DNA from: an uncultured Methanoregulaceae archaeon
GTDB taxonomy: Archaea > Halobacteriota > Methanomicrobia > Methanomicrobiales > Methanospirillaceae
Assembly (NCBI GenBank): GCA_963705255.1
Contig: OY970061.1
Coordinates: forward strand, 800,001 to 864,000
Length of the DNA stretch: 64,000 nucleotides
Direction of reading: 5' to 3'
Shown: one piece after another, positions 33,156 through 43,132 of the stretch
Numbering within the stretch: position 1 is the first letter of the stretch
Layout: every line of letters begins with the position of its first letter
Made by a program: the position numbers and the translations under genes
The notes under the pieces: generated by a model
What the model saw: the letters and a program-made list of their open reading frames with translations, nothing else
Databases searched by the model: none
What the model was told of the DNA's origin: nothing

Positions 33156-33731
33156 ATGAGAACCTGGGTAAAAATAGGATTATTCCTAAGCGCGTATTTT
33201 CCCTTGTTTCTTATTTTAGCCGTAAAAAATTGGTTTAATATCTATGCTATGGCGCTATGCATCGCCGCCGCGATTTATTCCATATCTGTTTGGTGGTTGC
33301 TTCTATACCTAGTACGGAGAAATACATTTGATATATATAAAGTTGTTAAAATAGAGGATAAAACAAAAGATACCTTGTCTTATCTCATACCGTATATTAT
33401 TTCATTTATGGGGATTGACTTCACACAATGGAAAGATCTGGTTGCTCTGGCGATTTTATTGGTTATTTTGTTTGTGGTATATATCAATTCAGATCTTTTG
33501 TATGTAAATCCCTTACTTTCATTTTTTAATTATAGATTCTATTCAGCAGAAGTAACAAAATTGTCGTATATAGGAAATCCAATACGTAACTTTACAATTA
33601 TTACACAAAATAATATAAAAGTAGATAACACTATCTATGTTTGGGATGTTTGGGAAAACGTAGTCTTTGAGCGTGAATTGGATGAAAGTGATATTACAGG
33701 GTCTGGAAGGGGTCTGACAAGAAACTTGTAA
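33156..33731 (+). CDS. kwaA: Kiwa anti-phage membrane protein KwaA-like
   Basis: LFLSAYFPLFLIL, LSYLIPYIISF, YINSDLLYVNPLL..FNYRFY; adjacent to kwaB-like gene. Confidence 0.75.
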   Translation: MRTWVKIGLFLSAYFPLFLILAVKNWFNIYAMALCIAAAIYSISVWWLLLYLVRRNTFDIYKVVKIEDKTKDTLSYLIPYIISFMGIDFTQWKDLVALAILLVILFVVYINSDLLYVNPLLSFFNYRFYSAEVTKLSYIGNPIRNFTIITQNNIKVDNTIYVWDVWENVVFERELDESDITGSGRGLTRNL

Positions 33732-34666
33732 AACTCTTTTTTATCAAAAAAATTCACAATAGGAAGGAAAACACAGTATCGTATGATTTTCTAAAATCTA
33801 TAATTAGTTTAGAGATCGGAGATGATTTATTAGTCAACGCTATTAATCAAATTTCCAAGAAGATAGGAAAATTCGAAGTACAAAATTATAATATCCTTCC
33901 TGCATCAGACGAAAAAATTATCGAGACGTTGCCACTTAAAGAAGTTCCACATCTTTTAGAATTTGTTGATGCCCTCTCAAATAAAGATTTGAAGATGATT
34001 ACCGATGTTGATTTTTCAAAAACAACCGGATATATTGTTAGAATTGAGAACAAGAGTAATACAATATATCTTTTTAAAAGACATACATCGAACGAATTAC
34101 TCGACAAAGGGAAATCATCATTAGTTTGGGGAAAAGAGGGTAGTTTTAGTCGAATTGAAGATAATATTATTACAATTGCAAAAACATATGACGCTGCACT
34201 TTTAGTGCCCACTCCCAAAACAAAAGATAATTTCACAACAGAAGAGAAATTAGAGTTCGAATCATCTCTTGTGTATATTTTTGAACATTCTCAATTTGAA
34301 TATCTATTTGGATTTAAAGAATATTTTTCTTCAGAAATTACAGCTAATAAAATGTATCTTGAAGAATCAAAACTGGTGGAGTCTGAAGAGACACTTATCC
34401 AATGTTGCGGTGATGATGCCAGAAGAATAAGAAAATTGGCGCGTATTTTGAAAAACAAAGGATTACACTTACTCAAATTAGAGAGAATTCAAAGCGTAAT
34501 ATCAGAATGGGGTTTACCCGTTGAATTTTCAAAAGATAATAAAATGGTTGTCACTCAGGAAAATATAGGACAGATCCTCCATCTTCTTGATGACGACTTT
34601 TCAAAATCCGAAATTACCGATAAACTATACAAAATGTACTCAAAACAAGAATATGCTCAAAAATAA
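33682..34666 (+). CDS. kwaB: Kiwa anti-phage protein KwaB-like (DUF4868), probable +1 G near 33710
   Basis: FEYLFGF, RKLARI, ILHLLDDDFSKSEIT; open frame extends upstream of 33929 and joins ATG 33682 if one G is removed. Confidence 0.75.
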
Positions 34667-34672
34667 ATTTTA

Positions 34673-34777
34673 TTAGACCGTAGATTTTTCCTTCATAATC
34701 TGCATCGGAGTTTTGTACCCGAGTTTCTGGATCTCGCGCTCGTTGTTGAACCACTGCCGGAACTCCTCAAGGTTGTC
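34673..34777 (-). mobile_element. C-terminal remnant of IS3/IS481-like transposase
   Basis: DNLEEFRQWFNNEREIQKLGYKTPMQI resembles the integrase-core end motif; GC-richer than flanks. Confidence 0.55.
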
Positions 34778-35070
34778 CTTAAGTGTGGTGTTAAATGACA
34801 TCGTATACCTTTTGTGATTCAGCGGTTCTGTTGCGTTGTCGGGATTTTTCCTTTTTAATACCCCACTATTGATGGAGGGACTTTTGAAAAGAGATGATAA
34901 GTTGTGGGGTCTTTAAATTGAATAATTGAATGCTTTCGGCGTTTAGTCAAACTAAAAAAAATAGGAACAATTCTTTTTTTTTTAATTTTTTGTATGCCCA
35001 GTAAGGTTGCTAGTGCAATCTCCATGTGAAATAGGAGGGGTTATTTCCCTCCCACGAGAGGTATACCTCT

Positions 35071-35223
35071 CTAACGAGATAGTCTCTGGCAATTAGTCGT
35101 GAAGAGACTACCACCAATATTGTCGTGGTACCATTCTTCTACTAGGGATTTCCCTATTGAGGCAAATACATATGATGCCCCGAGAAGAATTATTGCCAGA
35201 ACTATCTTCTGATCGTCATCCAT
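35071..35223 (-). CDS. 50-aa single-TM peptide (type I toxin-like candidate)
   Basis: MDDDQKIVLAIILLGASYVFASIGKSLVEEWYHDNIGGSLFTTNCQRLSR*, strong AGGAGGTG Shine-Dalgarno. Confidence 0.65.
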   Translation of the reverse strand: MDDDQKIVLAIILLGASYVFASIGKSLVEEWYHDNIGGSLFTTNCQRLSR

Positions 35224-35430
35224 GGCGATTAACACCTCCTTAATGGATTTCGTTCGTCTATCTAAACAGCAATCCTTTTCTCAGTTGAAGTAGAAGAGAT
35301 ATACATAACTCTACTACTTTGTTAGCACCGGATGGATTGCAACCTTAATCCGGAGCGATCCCTTGTTCCGCCGCGAGTTCGCATCTCTACGACAGAACAA
35401 CCTAAGCTTTCTGTTTTTCGAATATTTATA
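35224..35430 (-). promoter_or_regulatory. TATA box plus structured 5' leader of small peptide gene
   Basis: TATAAATA at 35430-35423; 12-bp stem with three G-U pairs at 35400-35363; further hairpins. Confidence 0.55.
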
Positions 35431-35609
35431 GTAGCTAAGTTGTGACTAAAAAATACGTGTCGTACGTACGCCAAATCACCACAGGCGCGCATATAAGGCG
35501 TATTTAGAACAATTTATGTTTGTTTATTTTTTTTATACTTCTCTTGCTACTTCTTCCAATAATAGGATCTTCACTTTTTTCCCAATCCATTTCTTCGGCA
35601 AGAACACTC

Positions 35610-36089
35610 TTAATAACATATCAATGGGATTATCAAAAATCCAAAAATTAACCCGATTAACCAGCCAATTGCCCCGAAAGAAGGAATATTTTGCATTATC
35701 GGCTTTATACTACCACCGGTAAAATATCTTGGATAAAATTCTTTATTCTCTGGGTTGGTACGAAAATCATTATCAATTTTAAGTTCATTCTCCAAATTTA
35801 CAATTAATTTATCATAAAATCTCTGATATGAGAAGATTCGTTTTACAATAATATACCAGATTATTGATAAGATTACACCAAATAATGGAACGATTGTCCA
35901 TTTGATTTGAGTGAGAAAACAATCATTGCTTTGAAAAAGGGCAATTAATAATATAGCATTAGCTGCCCAAAATGCACTAAATACCATCCAAAATAAATTA
36001 TCATAATGCATTTTCATATTATAATAAATTTTCAATAGCTCAAAAAAATCTTGTAGATTGCCTTGTTGATTATTTATCTCCGTATCCAT
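35610..36089 (-). CDS. Three-TM hypothetical membrane protein
   Basis: 159-aa AT-rich ORF; AGAG SD-like upstream. Confidence 0.7.
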   Translation of the reverse strand: MDTEINNQQGNLQDFFELLKIYYNMKMHYDNLFWMVFSAFWAANAILLIALFQSNDCFLTQIKWTIVPLFGVILSIIWYIIVKRIFSYQRFYDKLIVNLENELKIDNDFRTNPENKEFYPRYFTGGSIKPIMQNIPSFGAIGWLIGLIFGFLIIPLICY

Positions 36090-36110
36090 AAACCATCTCT
36101 TCTCTAAATA

Positions 36111-36350
36111 TCATCTTTCTTTATCATTTTCAACCGGATCCAAACGAAGAATTTTCACGCGTTCGAAGTGAGTTGTTACATCGGCGATATCTGCTCCGTC
36201 TTCCTCTCCTATTTGATAATCACGATTTAATTGAGATATTGTTTCTTGCGCTTGTCTTTGATTTAGCTCTAACTTTTGAATGAGAATGGTTCGTTGTTCC
36301 ACTGGTAAATTCAGAGGATTGTAAGTGAATGGGAATAGGCGGCAATCCAT
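36111..36350 (-). CDS. Small hypothetical protein
   Basis: 79-aa ORF co-oriented with neighbours. Confidence 0.5.
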   Translation of the reverse strand: MDCRLFPFTYNPLNLPVEQRTILIQKLELNQRQAQETISQLNRDYQIGEEDGADIADVTTHFERVKILRLDPVENDKER

Positions 36351-36393
36351 AATTTATCGCTGAATATATCCAGCCGTATAGAATTAACCTTTC

Positions 36394-37077
36394 CTAGATC
36401 GTCGCTTCTCTCTTCCTTTTTAAATGCCAATCGATCCAACTAATTCTTAATTTCTTTTTATTATCAAGCTTGAACTGAGTATTTTTCTTAAATTCATCGT
36501 CAATCTTATTATATTCTAATTCAATTGAATCCCATCTTAGATTGATTTTATCAACGGTTTCCTTAAAAAGACTATTAAATGTTATACTATCGCTGTTAGA
36601 GTCACCCTCTTCAAGAAGTTTAGTACATTTTTGAACATGCTCGTTACTAATAGATCTCATCTCCTCTTCGAGTGATTGTGTTTTTGCACAGAAATTTTTA
36701 CAATTATGATAAAATATCTTCAAATTATAATCTAAATCATGATTTAGATTTAGATTCATTCCAGAACTCATAAAATTATTATAAGAATCAAATTTAAAAA
36801 AATTATATGGATAACCGCCATATCCGGTGGAAAGCTCATTGTTGTCAATCCATTCAAATATCCTTGTGGCAACCCACACTGCTTTTACTTTTTTCACACG
36901 TTTAATGAAATTTGGTAATTTCTTTCGGTTATGTTCAATTTCCACAAACAATGACTCAATAGCATCATTATATTTTAGTCTCTTATCCTCGATATGTGTA
37001 TATTTTATGGTTAAAATAGCAGTCAATAACCCAGTAGCAATCCCTAAAAAGGTAGTTGTTATATCATCAAGAACCAT
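36394..37077 (-). CDS. Hypothetical protein with N-terminal TM
   Basis: 227-aa AT-rich ORF. Confidence 0.65.
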   Translation of the reverse strand: MVLDDITTTFLGIATGLLTAILTIKYTHIEDKRLKYNDAIESLFVEIEHNRKKLPNFIKRVKKVKAVWVATRIFEWIDNNELSTGYGGYPYNFFKFDSYNNFMSSGMNLNLNHDLDYNLKIFYHNCKNFCAKTQSLEEEMRSISNEHVQKCTKLLEEGDSNSDSITFNSLFKETVDKINLRWDSIELEYNKIDDEFKKNTQFKLDNKKKLRISWIDWHLKRKREATI

Positions 37078-37243
37078 TATCTAAAAAATATCGTCTAGAA
37101 GATAAAAGGGATGCGGTCTTAAAATATCGCAACTTTTTCTTCATTCTCGTTAAATGGATACAATCATGATTATATCTACTCCATTCACGATATCCCATGC
37201 ATCACATAATAAAGCTCCGTTGAGTGTCAAACCCCCGGAAAAA

Positions 37244-37501
37244 TTATTTCCCCATCCCTTCGATAATCGCAACAACCTTCTTCCCGGCTTCAGTTGTCCG
37301 GTAATACCGGTCCCGATTTTCTTCCGGCGTCAGGCATTCCACGAGCCCGACTTTTTCCATTGCGTGGATGGTACGGTTTACCGCAGCCCGGTCGACACCA
37401 ATCATCTTCGCAAGTTCCGTTGTGGTGGTTGGACGAAGAAGGCCCTTGATCACTTTCCTTCTTACGCTCCCCCGTGTCACAAAACTCACGAGATTATACA
37501 T
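37244..37501 (-). CDS. Winged-helix (ArsR/MarR-like) regulator
   Basis: TTTELAKMIGVDRAAVNRTI..MEKVGLVE...RYYRTTEAG. Confidence 0.8.
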   Translation of the reverse strand: MYNLVSFVTRGSVRRKVIKGLLRPTTTTELAKMIGVDRAAVNRTIHAMEKVGLVECLTPEENRDRYYRTTEAGKKVVAIIEGMGK

Positions 37502-37784
37502 TAATTGAACAAGGAATAGAATACGTATCAGGATGTTTGATAGATGTTTAACAAATTTTATCCCTTCTCCCGCCGATAACTATAATGGTGCCTGGTGAGA
37601 ATGAATCGAATACATGTGGATGTGAATATGTCCCTGAGCGGTCACCCCCGGCTTTTAACACTTGTTCCGATCTGGAACATTGTCGCTCCGAAGGGATTCA
37701 CCAGACACCAGTATTTACGGATATTGAGGGGGATTTTTCGTCGGGATCCCCATTTTTTGGAGTGCTTCCGAAATAACCCTTCTG

Positions 37785-38440
37785 TGGGCTCCGATTCCCT
37801 GTTTTTCCGGAAACAGAGGTAATAATTCGGGAAAATGCGGTAATAATTCATGTACTTCCGGTTATTTTTACGTCTGAAATCATGAGGTAATAAGTAGCAG
37901 TATTTGGACAGCGAAAACGGAGTGTGGATGGGTTTTAGGACATCCCTGGATTTTTCCCGGGCTGGAAATGCCACCTGGACCTTCTGGAAAAGTCTGGTCT
38001 TCTCCGTCGATATATGGAGGCAATCCGGAGTATCTCCTAACAGGGCCCGTATTGGGCTCCGATTCCCTGTTTTTCCGGAAACAGAGGTAATAATTCGGGA
38101 AAATGCGGTAATAATTCATGTACTTCCGGTTATTTTTACGTCTGAAATCATGAGGTAATAAGTAGCAGTATTTGGACAGCGAAAACGGAGTGTGGATGGG
38201 TTTTAGGACATCCCTGGATTTTTCCCGGGCTGGAAATGCCACCTGGACCTTCTGGAAAAGTCTGGTCTTCTCCGTCGATATATGGAGGCAATCCGGAGTA
38301 TCTCCTAACAGGGCCCGTATTGGGCTCCGATTCCCTGTTTTTCCGGGAATAGAGACAGTAATTCCGGAAAATGAGACGATAATTCATGCAATTCCGGTCA
38401 TTTTTACGTCGGTGAGACAGAGACGCTATTTGGGTGTATT
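37785..38440. repeat. 268-bp tandem repeat (two apparently identical copies plus diverged partial third)
   Basis: TGGGCTCCGATTCCCTGTTTTTCCGG starts at 37785, 38053, 38321. Confidence 0.92.
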
Positions 38441-38912
38441 TGGGCGGGCGATCTCAGCCCGGATCGATATTCAGTATCAGCAACTCGGAAAAACATCGTT
38501 TTTCCTCAACGCTCGGGTCGGCCCGACCCTCACGTAAATGAAGGAAACCCCCTTTTCGGGGTCACACCCGGACGGGTTGCCGGGAACCGGAGGTGGTACC
38601 CCTCATGCACAAAGAGGGGTGGGGGGTGGGGTTGATCGAAAAGAGGATCCATTAGTTTCATGATTCGAACGCAGTTTGGTATAAATTATGCTAATGAGTT
38701 TATCCGGCAAGCAACTCTGACTGGAGTGCAAAAGTCAGATTTGAAATGTAAGGAGAAAATTTGAGCTAATTTGTAGTTTTAATTAATTAAAAATGAGAAC
38801 AAATCCTAAAAAAATCGAATGTCGGTCAATCCATTTTCAGATTCTTGATTTTTTATTGTATGACATTTTTATATTGTATTGGAAATTATCTTACTACAAG
38901 TGGGATTGAAAC

Positions 38913-40040
38913 ATGGGAGATATTGAGTACACTAAAGATTATGAAGGTATAGAAGATGAAGAAAGAGATGACATACCAATTGATTTTTGGGAGAGAAAAC
39001 AGCTTGAGTTAGTAACTAGTGTGGTAGATTACAATCTTGCGGGTCTTGCAGATTTAGTTAAAAAAAATAGTATTGATCGTATTGATCTCTCTCCAAAACA
39101 CCAAAGACGGTTACGATGGGATGATAAGCGACAGTCAAAACTTATTGAATCATTCTTAATGAATGTACCTGTTCCCCCAATTTTTCTCAATGAAGATTCA
39201 TACGGAAAATATTCAGTGATAGATGGAAAACAAAGACTTCTCACAATCTCAAAATTCTTTGAAAATGAGCTTGTTTTAACCGGGTTAAAAGTTTTTCAGG
39301 ATGTTAATGGAAAAACATTTTCTATACTTCCCACACGACTTCAAACGGTTCTAAGAACTCGTGTTACATTACGTTCAATAATTCTTTTGCGTCAATCCGA
39401 TCCAAAGATAAAATATGAAGTTTTTGAGCGACTGAATACAGGAGGAGTTAAACTAAATGCTCAAGAATTACGGAATAGTGTCTATCATGGGAAATTGAAT
39501 GATATGATATTAGAAATTTCAGAAAATAAAAAATTCCATCGTCTTTTAGGTATAAAAAACAAAGACCATTCTGCACTTTATCAAGAAATGAGAGATGCTG
39601 AATTAGTCTTGAGATATTTTACATATCGGAATAATTTAGACAGTTTTTCAAGTAAAATGCGACTAACGATGGATATATTTATGGAGCAGAATGTTAATCC
39701 TTCGGGAGAAGCATTAACAGAAATGAGAGAAGATTTTTTGAAAAACCTCGATATTGTTGAAGCTTGTTTTGGAGAATATGCATTTCAACGTTGGCAACCG
39801 GAATTGAAACGGTGGCGTAGATCGTTTTTAGCTTCTGCATATGACGCGCAGATGTTTGCTTGCAGAGAATTCTCTCTGGAAGATGTAAAAACAAAACGCA
39901 CTGAAATACTGAGTGGAGTGAAAAAGCTTTTCACAAATAAAGAGTTTAGGACAGCGATTGACGCTGCTACAAATACTCCCAGTTTCTTTAAAACAAGAAT
40001 TGATCTCATGAGAGAAATGATCGAAAATGTAATCCATTAA
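38913..40040 (+). CDS. DUF262 (GmrSD/ParB-like) domain protein
   Basis: QRRLRW, LIES..MNVPVPPI, VIDGKQRL, FERLNTGG..L..QELRN. Confidence 0.9.
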   Translation: MGDIEYTKDYEGIEDEERDDIPIDFWERKQLELVTSVVDYNLAGLADLVKKNSIDRIDLSPKHQRRLRWDDKRQSKLIESFLMNVPVPPIFLNEDSYGKYSVIDGKQRLLTISKFFENELVLTGLKVFQDVNGKTFSILPTRLQTVLRTRVTLRSIILLRQSDPKIKYEVFERLNTGGVKLNAQELRNSVYHGKLNDMILEISENKKFHRLLGIKNKDHSALYQEMRDAELVLRYFTYRNNLDSFSSKMRLTMDIFMEQNVNPSGEALTEMREDFLKNLDIVEACFGEYAFQRWQPELKRWRRSFLASAYDAQMFACREFSLEDVKTKRTEILSGVKKLFTNKEFRTAIDAATNTPSFFKTRIDLMREMIENVIH

Positions 40041-40050
40041 TAGGATAATT

Positions 40051-40761
40051 ATGGCAAAACCTTCGAAAGCCCTTATCGATTTTCAAAATTCTCTAAAGAT
40101 GGCAGAGGAACTGCAAATACGCGAAAGAAAATCTAATAAAAATGAGATTCCTCAGCCACAAGATGAAAATTTTGTTTATGGATTGCGCGGAGGTTCGATC
40201 GTTTTAATGGTGGGGGCATTTGAAAATTTTTTAGAGGATTTAGTTGAAGAAAAGTTGGATTATCTGAATCAACACCAAAACTATCGCCCTGATAAATTAC
40301 CTACGGATTTGATATATTATAATTGTAAATTAACATTCGAAAAATCAAAAGAGAAAACAAATGATTATCCTAATAATTTGGACAAAATTCCAATTTACAA
40401 AAAAGCAGCCTCTTTAATAAATGATGAAAAAATTGATCCGAAATTATTCCGTTTGTTGGCTGATAGTAATCCGAATCCCAAAAAAGTGAAATATTTATTC
40501 GTAAGCGTGGGTATTCCTGATATCTTTAAAACTATTAAACCAAAATTCGATAAAAAATGGAATAGAGGCAATCCAAGAACAGGGATTGATATTTCCCAAG
40601 AACTTGGAACACTTGTAGAACGCCGCCATGAAGTGGCGCATAAGGCCTATGTGATGGGATTTAGTCGAGATGATCTAAAAAGGTATATCAGATTTCTTCG
40701 GGTATTAGCTCCTGTACTAGACCAAGAGTTAAACTCACATATTCAAAAGATGGTGAAATAA
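40051..40761 (+). CDS. HEPN-domain putative RNase
   Basis: AFENFLED and RHEVAH (Rx4H) motif; directly after DUF262 gene. Confidence 0.75.
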   Translation: MAKPSKALIDFQNSLKMAEELQIRERKSNKNEIPQPQDENFVYGLRGGSIVLMVGAFENFLEDLVEEKLDYLNQHQNYRPDKLPTDLIYYNCKLTFEKSKEKTNDYPNNLDKIPIYKKAASLINDEKIDPKLFRLLADSNPNPKKVKYLFVSVGIPDIFKTIKPKFDKKWNRGNPRTGIDISQELGTLVERRHEVAHKAYVMGFSRDDLKRYIRFLRVLAPVLDQELNSHIQKMVK

Positions 40762-40807
40762 TTTTCACACTTCTTACGGAAAATTTACTTATTCAAAGAC
40801 GAAAACA

Positions 40808-41800
40808 GTGACTATGAGCAAAGCAGAATCTGATTTTAGTTTAATCGACACGACACAAACCAGGTTCTGTGACGGAGATATAGTAGTCCTTCGCACCAAG
40901 GAAGCATCCTTGGAAAAAAAGTTCGAAGCAAAAGTCAATGCTTGGAATCGTAGACCCGAAATTCTGAATACGGTCCATGAATTTTTCGAAGGGGATGCAA
41001 GGCTTATGGAAGGACTCGATTCTAACAAAAAAATTCACTTGGTTGTGACATCTCCGCCTTACTGGAACCTTAAAAAATATAGCGATAGCGGGGACGGTCT
41101 CCAACTAGGCCACATCGAATCTCGCGAGGAATTTCTTCACGAGCTTGGTAAAGTGTGGAAAAATTGTTTTGATCGACTTGTTCCGGGGGGACGAATGTGC
41201 GTCGTAGTTGGAGATGTATGCCGCTCACGCAAAAAGCATGGACGACACCTTGTTGATCCTCTGCACGCATACATTCAGGTCCAATGTCAAGAGATAGGAT
41301 TTGATCCACTTTCCCCAATAATCTGGAATAAAATTTCAAATGTGGTCACAGAAATGGAAGGAAATGGATCAACATTTCTCGGTAAACCATACGAGCCAAA
41401 TGGAATCGTAAAAAATGATATAGAATTTATTTTGCTTTTCCGGAAACCGGGCGGCTATCGTCATCCATCGCAGGATCAAAGGGATCTGAGTATGATTGAC
41501 CGGGAAGATCACGAGAAATGGTTCCAGCAGATCTGGACTGATATTCCGGGAGAGATCCAGAGGGCGCACCCGGCACCATTTCCTGTAGAGGTAGCCCGGA
41601 GATTGATCGGCATGTTCTCTTTTGTCGGGGATGTCGTTCTCGATCCTTTTGCCGGGACCGGGAATACAATCCAGGTCGCGATTAAAATGTACCGGAATTC
41701 AATCGGCATCGAATTAGAACCATCATACATGAGATATGCAGAAAAGCGCCTCAACGAAACACATACTCCGGTAATATTCCACTATAACGAAAGCAGGTAA
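40808..41800 (+). CDS. Beta-class N4-C/N6-A DNA methyltransferase
   Basis: TSPPY catalytic motif before DPFAGTG SAM motif. Confidence 0.92.
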   Translation: MTMSKAESDFSLIDTTQTRFCDGDIVVLRTKEASLEKKFEAKVNAWNRRPEILNTVHEFFEGDARLMEGLDSNKKIHLVVTSPPYWNLKKYSDSGDGLQLGHIESREEFLHELGKVWKNCFDRLVPGGRMCVVVGDVCRSRKKHGRHLVDPLHAYIQVQCQEIGFDPLSPIIWNKISNVVTEMEGNGSTFLGKPYEPNGIVKNDIEFILLFRKPGGYRHPSQDQRDLSMIDREDHEKWFQQIWTDIPGEIQRAHPAPFPVEVARRLIGMFSFVGDVVLDPFAGTGNTIQVAIKMYRNSIGIELEPSYMRYAEKRLNETHTPVIFHYNESR

Positions 41801-41801
41801 C

Positions 41802-42524
41802 ATGGCACCAAATCCCGTCAGCTTTTTACAACACCTTCAAACATTAGGCTATCATCCGAGATCGAATAAACATTCAAACGCTTTGGCAGAGACGATCATG
41901 GGCGACTTACTGAAATATTGCCCGAAGATTGCTTCAAAGGCATCCGCCGGTCAGTTAGTGTACGATCTGAATTTCAACATCACCGTTGGGACGGCAGACT
42001 GGAATATCGATCTGGTTATCGGCAGTGCTCCTCTTGGTATGAAGGCTCCAGAACCGGATATTCCCATTGTGAAAACTCCTCCTGCCCTTGTTCAGATAGC
42101 GATCGAGATCAAGTCTGTAATGACGGAGCATCGCAAGGCGGTGAAGAACCGGAAGAGGGATTTCGATGCACACCACGCCCACGTGCACCAGTATAATCCC
42201 CATTCCATCGCGGGCGGGATTCTTGTCTTGAATGCCTCGCCGAAATTCAAATCGCCGCTTCGGGATACTGAAACGATCCATAAGAACCCGGACAAACTTG
42301 TCGGTCACTGCCTCGACGAGTTCCGTGGCATCTCCTCAAGCGGCGGAACTATCGGGGTCGCGGGTCTCGATGCGAAGGGCGTAATCGTGGTGAATTGCGA
42401 TAATATTGTGCCGCCAAGAACCTGTTACGTCACAACAAAACCGGCGCCTGTTGTCGGCGATCCGATTCACTATGATGCATTTATTCAGAGTATCTGCGAT
42501 CTGTATACGGCCCGGTTTCCTTAA
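41802..42524 (+). CDS. Putative type II restriction endonuclease (PD-(D/E)xK)
   Basis: IDLVIG...IEIKS motif; abuts the MTase. Confidence 0.6.
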   Translation: MAPNPVSFLQHLQTLGYHPRSNKHSNALAETIMGDLLKYCPKIASKASAGQLVYDLNFNITVGTADWNIDLVIGSAPLGMKAPEPDIPIVKTPPALVQIAIEIKSVMTEHRKAVKNRKRDFDAHHAHVHQYNPHSIAGGILVLNASPKFKSPLRDTETIHKNPDKLVGHCLDEFRGISSSGGTIGVAGLDAKGVIVVNCDNIVPPRTCYVTTKPAPVVGDPIHYDAFIQSICDLYTARFP

Positions 42525-42733
42525 TGGGCGAATCTGGATTTTTTACTTATTATCGAGTATAATATCCTTAATCCCATAATTATCAAATCTTTTTTGAAGA
42601 ATGTCACGAGAATTAAAGCAATAATCCCCAAAAGCATCCATGAGACAAGCATAATGTTCAACAACGCCTGAAATCCACCGAAGGCCAAAATAAGACCAAC
42701 GTAGAAAAGAAGTTGTTTTAAATCTGAGTTCAT
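42521..42733 (-). CDS. Small two-TM membrane protein
   Basis: 70-aa hydrophobic ORF; GAGGTG upstream. Confidence 0.6.
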   Translation of the reverse strand: MNSDLKQLLFYVGLILAFGGFQALLNIMLVSWMLLGIIALILVTFFKKDLIIMGLRILYSIISKKSRFAH

Positions 42734-43132
42734 AGGAGATCACCTCAATCAATTTTTTTCCAGTCACAACTTTTTTTATCGAGAGGGCACGGTGGCAATC
42801 TGTCCGTATCCTGATCGAGATAGATAATTTCTCCTGTTTCAACCGATTCATAGTGTCCTTTTCCCGGTTTTGTTCCGCACTTGAATGACATTTATTTCCA
42901 CCTTGAGGTCCCAGTGAGAACCTCAGATAATTATCCTATTATGCAGCGAACAAAAGAGTATCAGCAAGTGTTGTGAAAGTGTTACAGTTAGATATTTTTT
43001 ATTTTAGCGAGAATTCTAAATTCGAATGTATTCAGTTAAAACCAGATGTTAAAAATATTGGAAATTCTGACGTGAAAAAACGTCATGAGAATATTGAAGT
43101 AGTTCTCTTATCCATATTAAATAATAAATTCT

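Noticed and set aside
33715-33717. TGA shortly after ATG 33682 as possible selenocysteine or readthrough
   Set aside because: The downstream KwaB-like sequence is in a different frame; a homopolymer indel explains it.
37642-38537. ORFs called within the 268-bp repeat
   Set aside because: Present on both strands, no motifs or ribosome-binding sites; by-products of the repeat.
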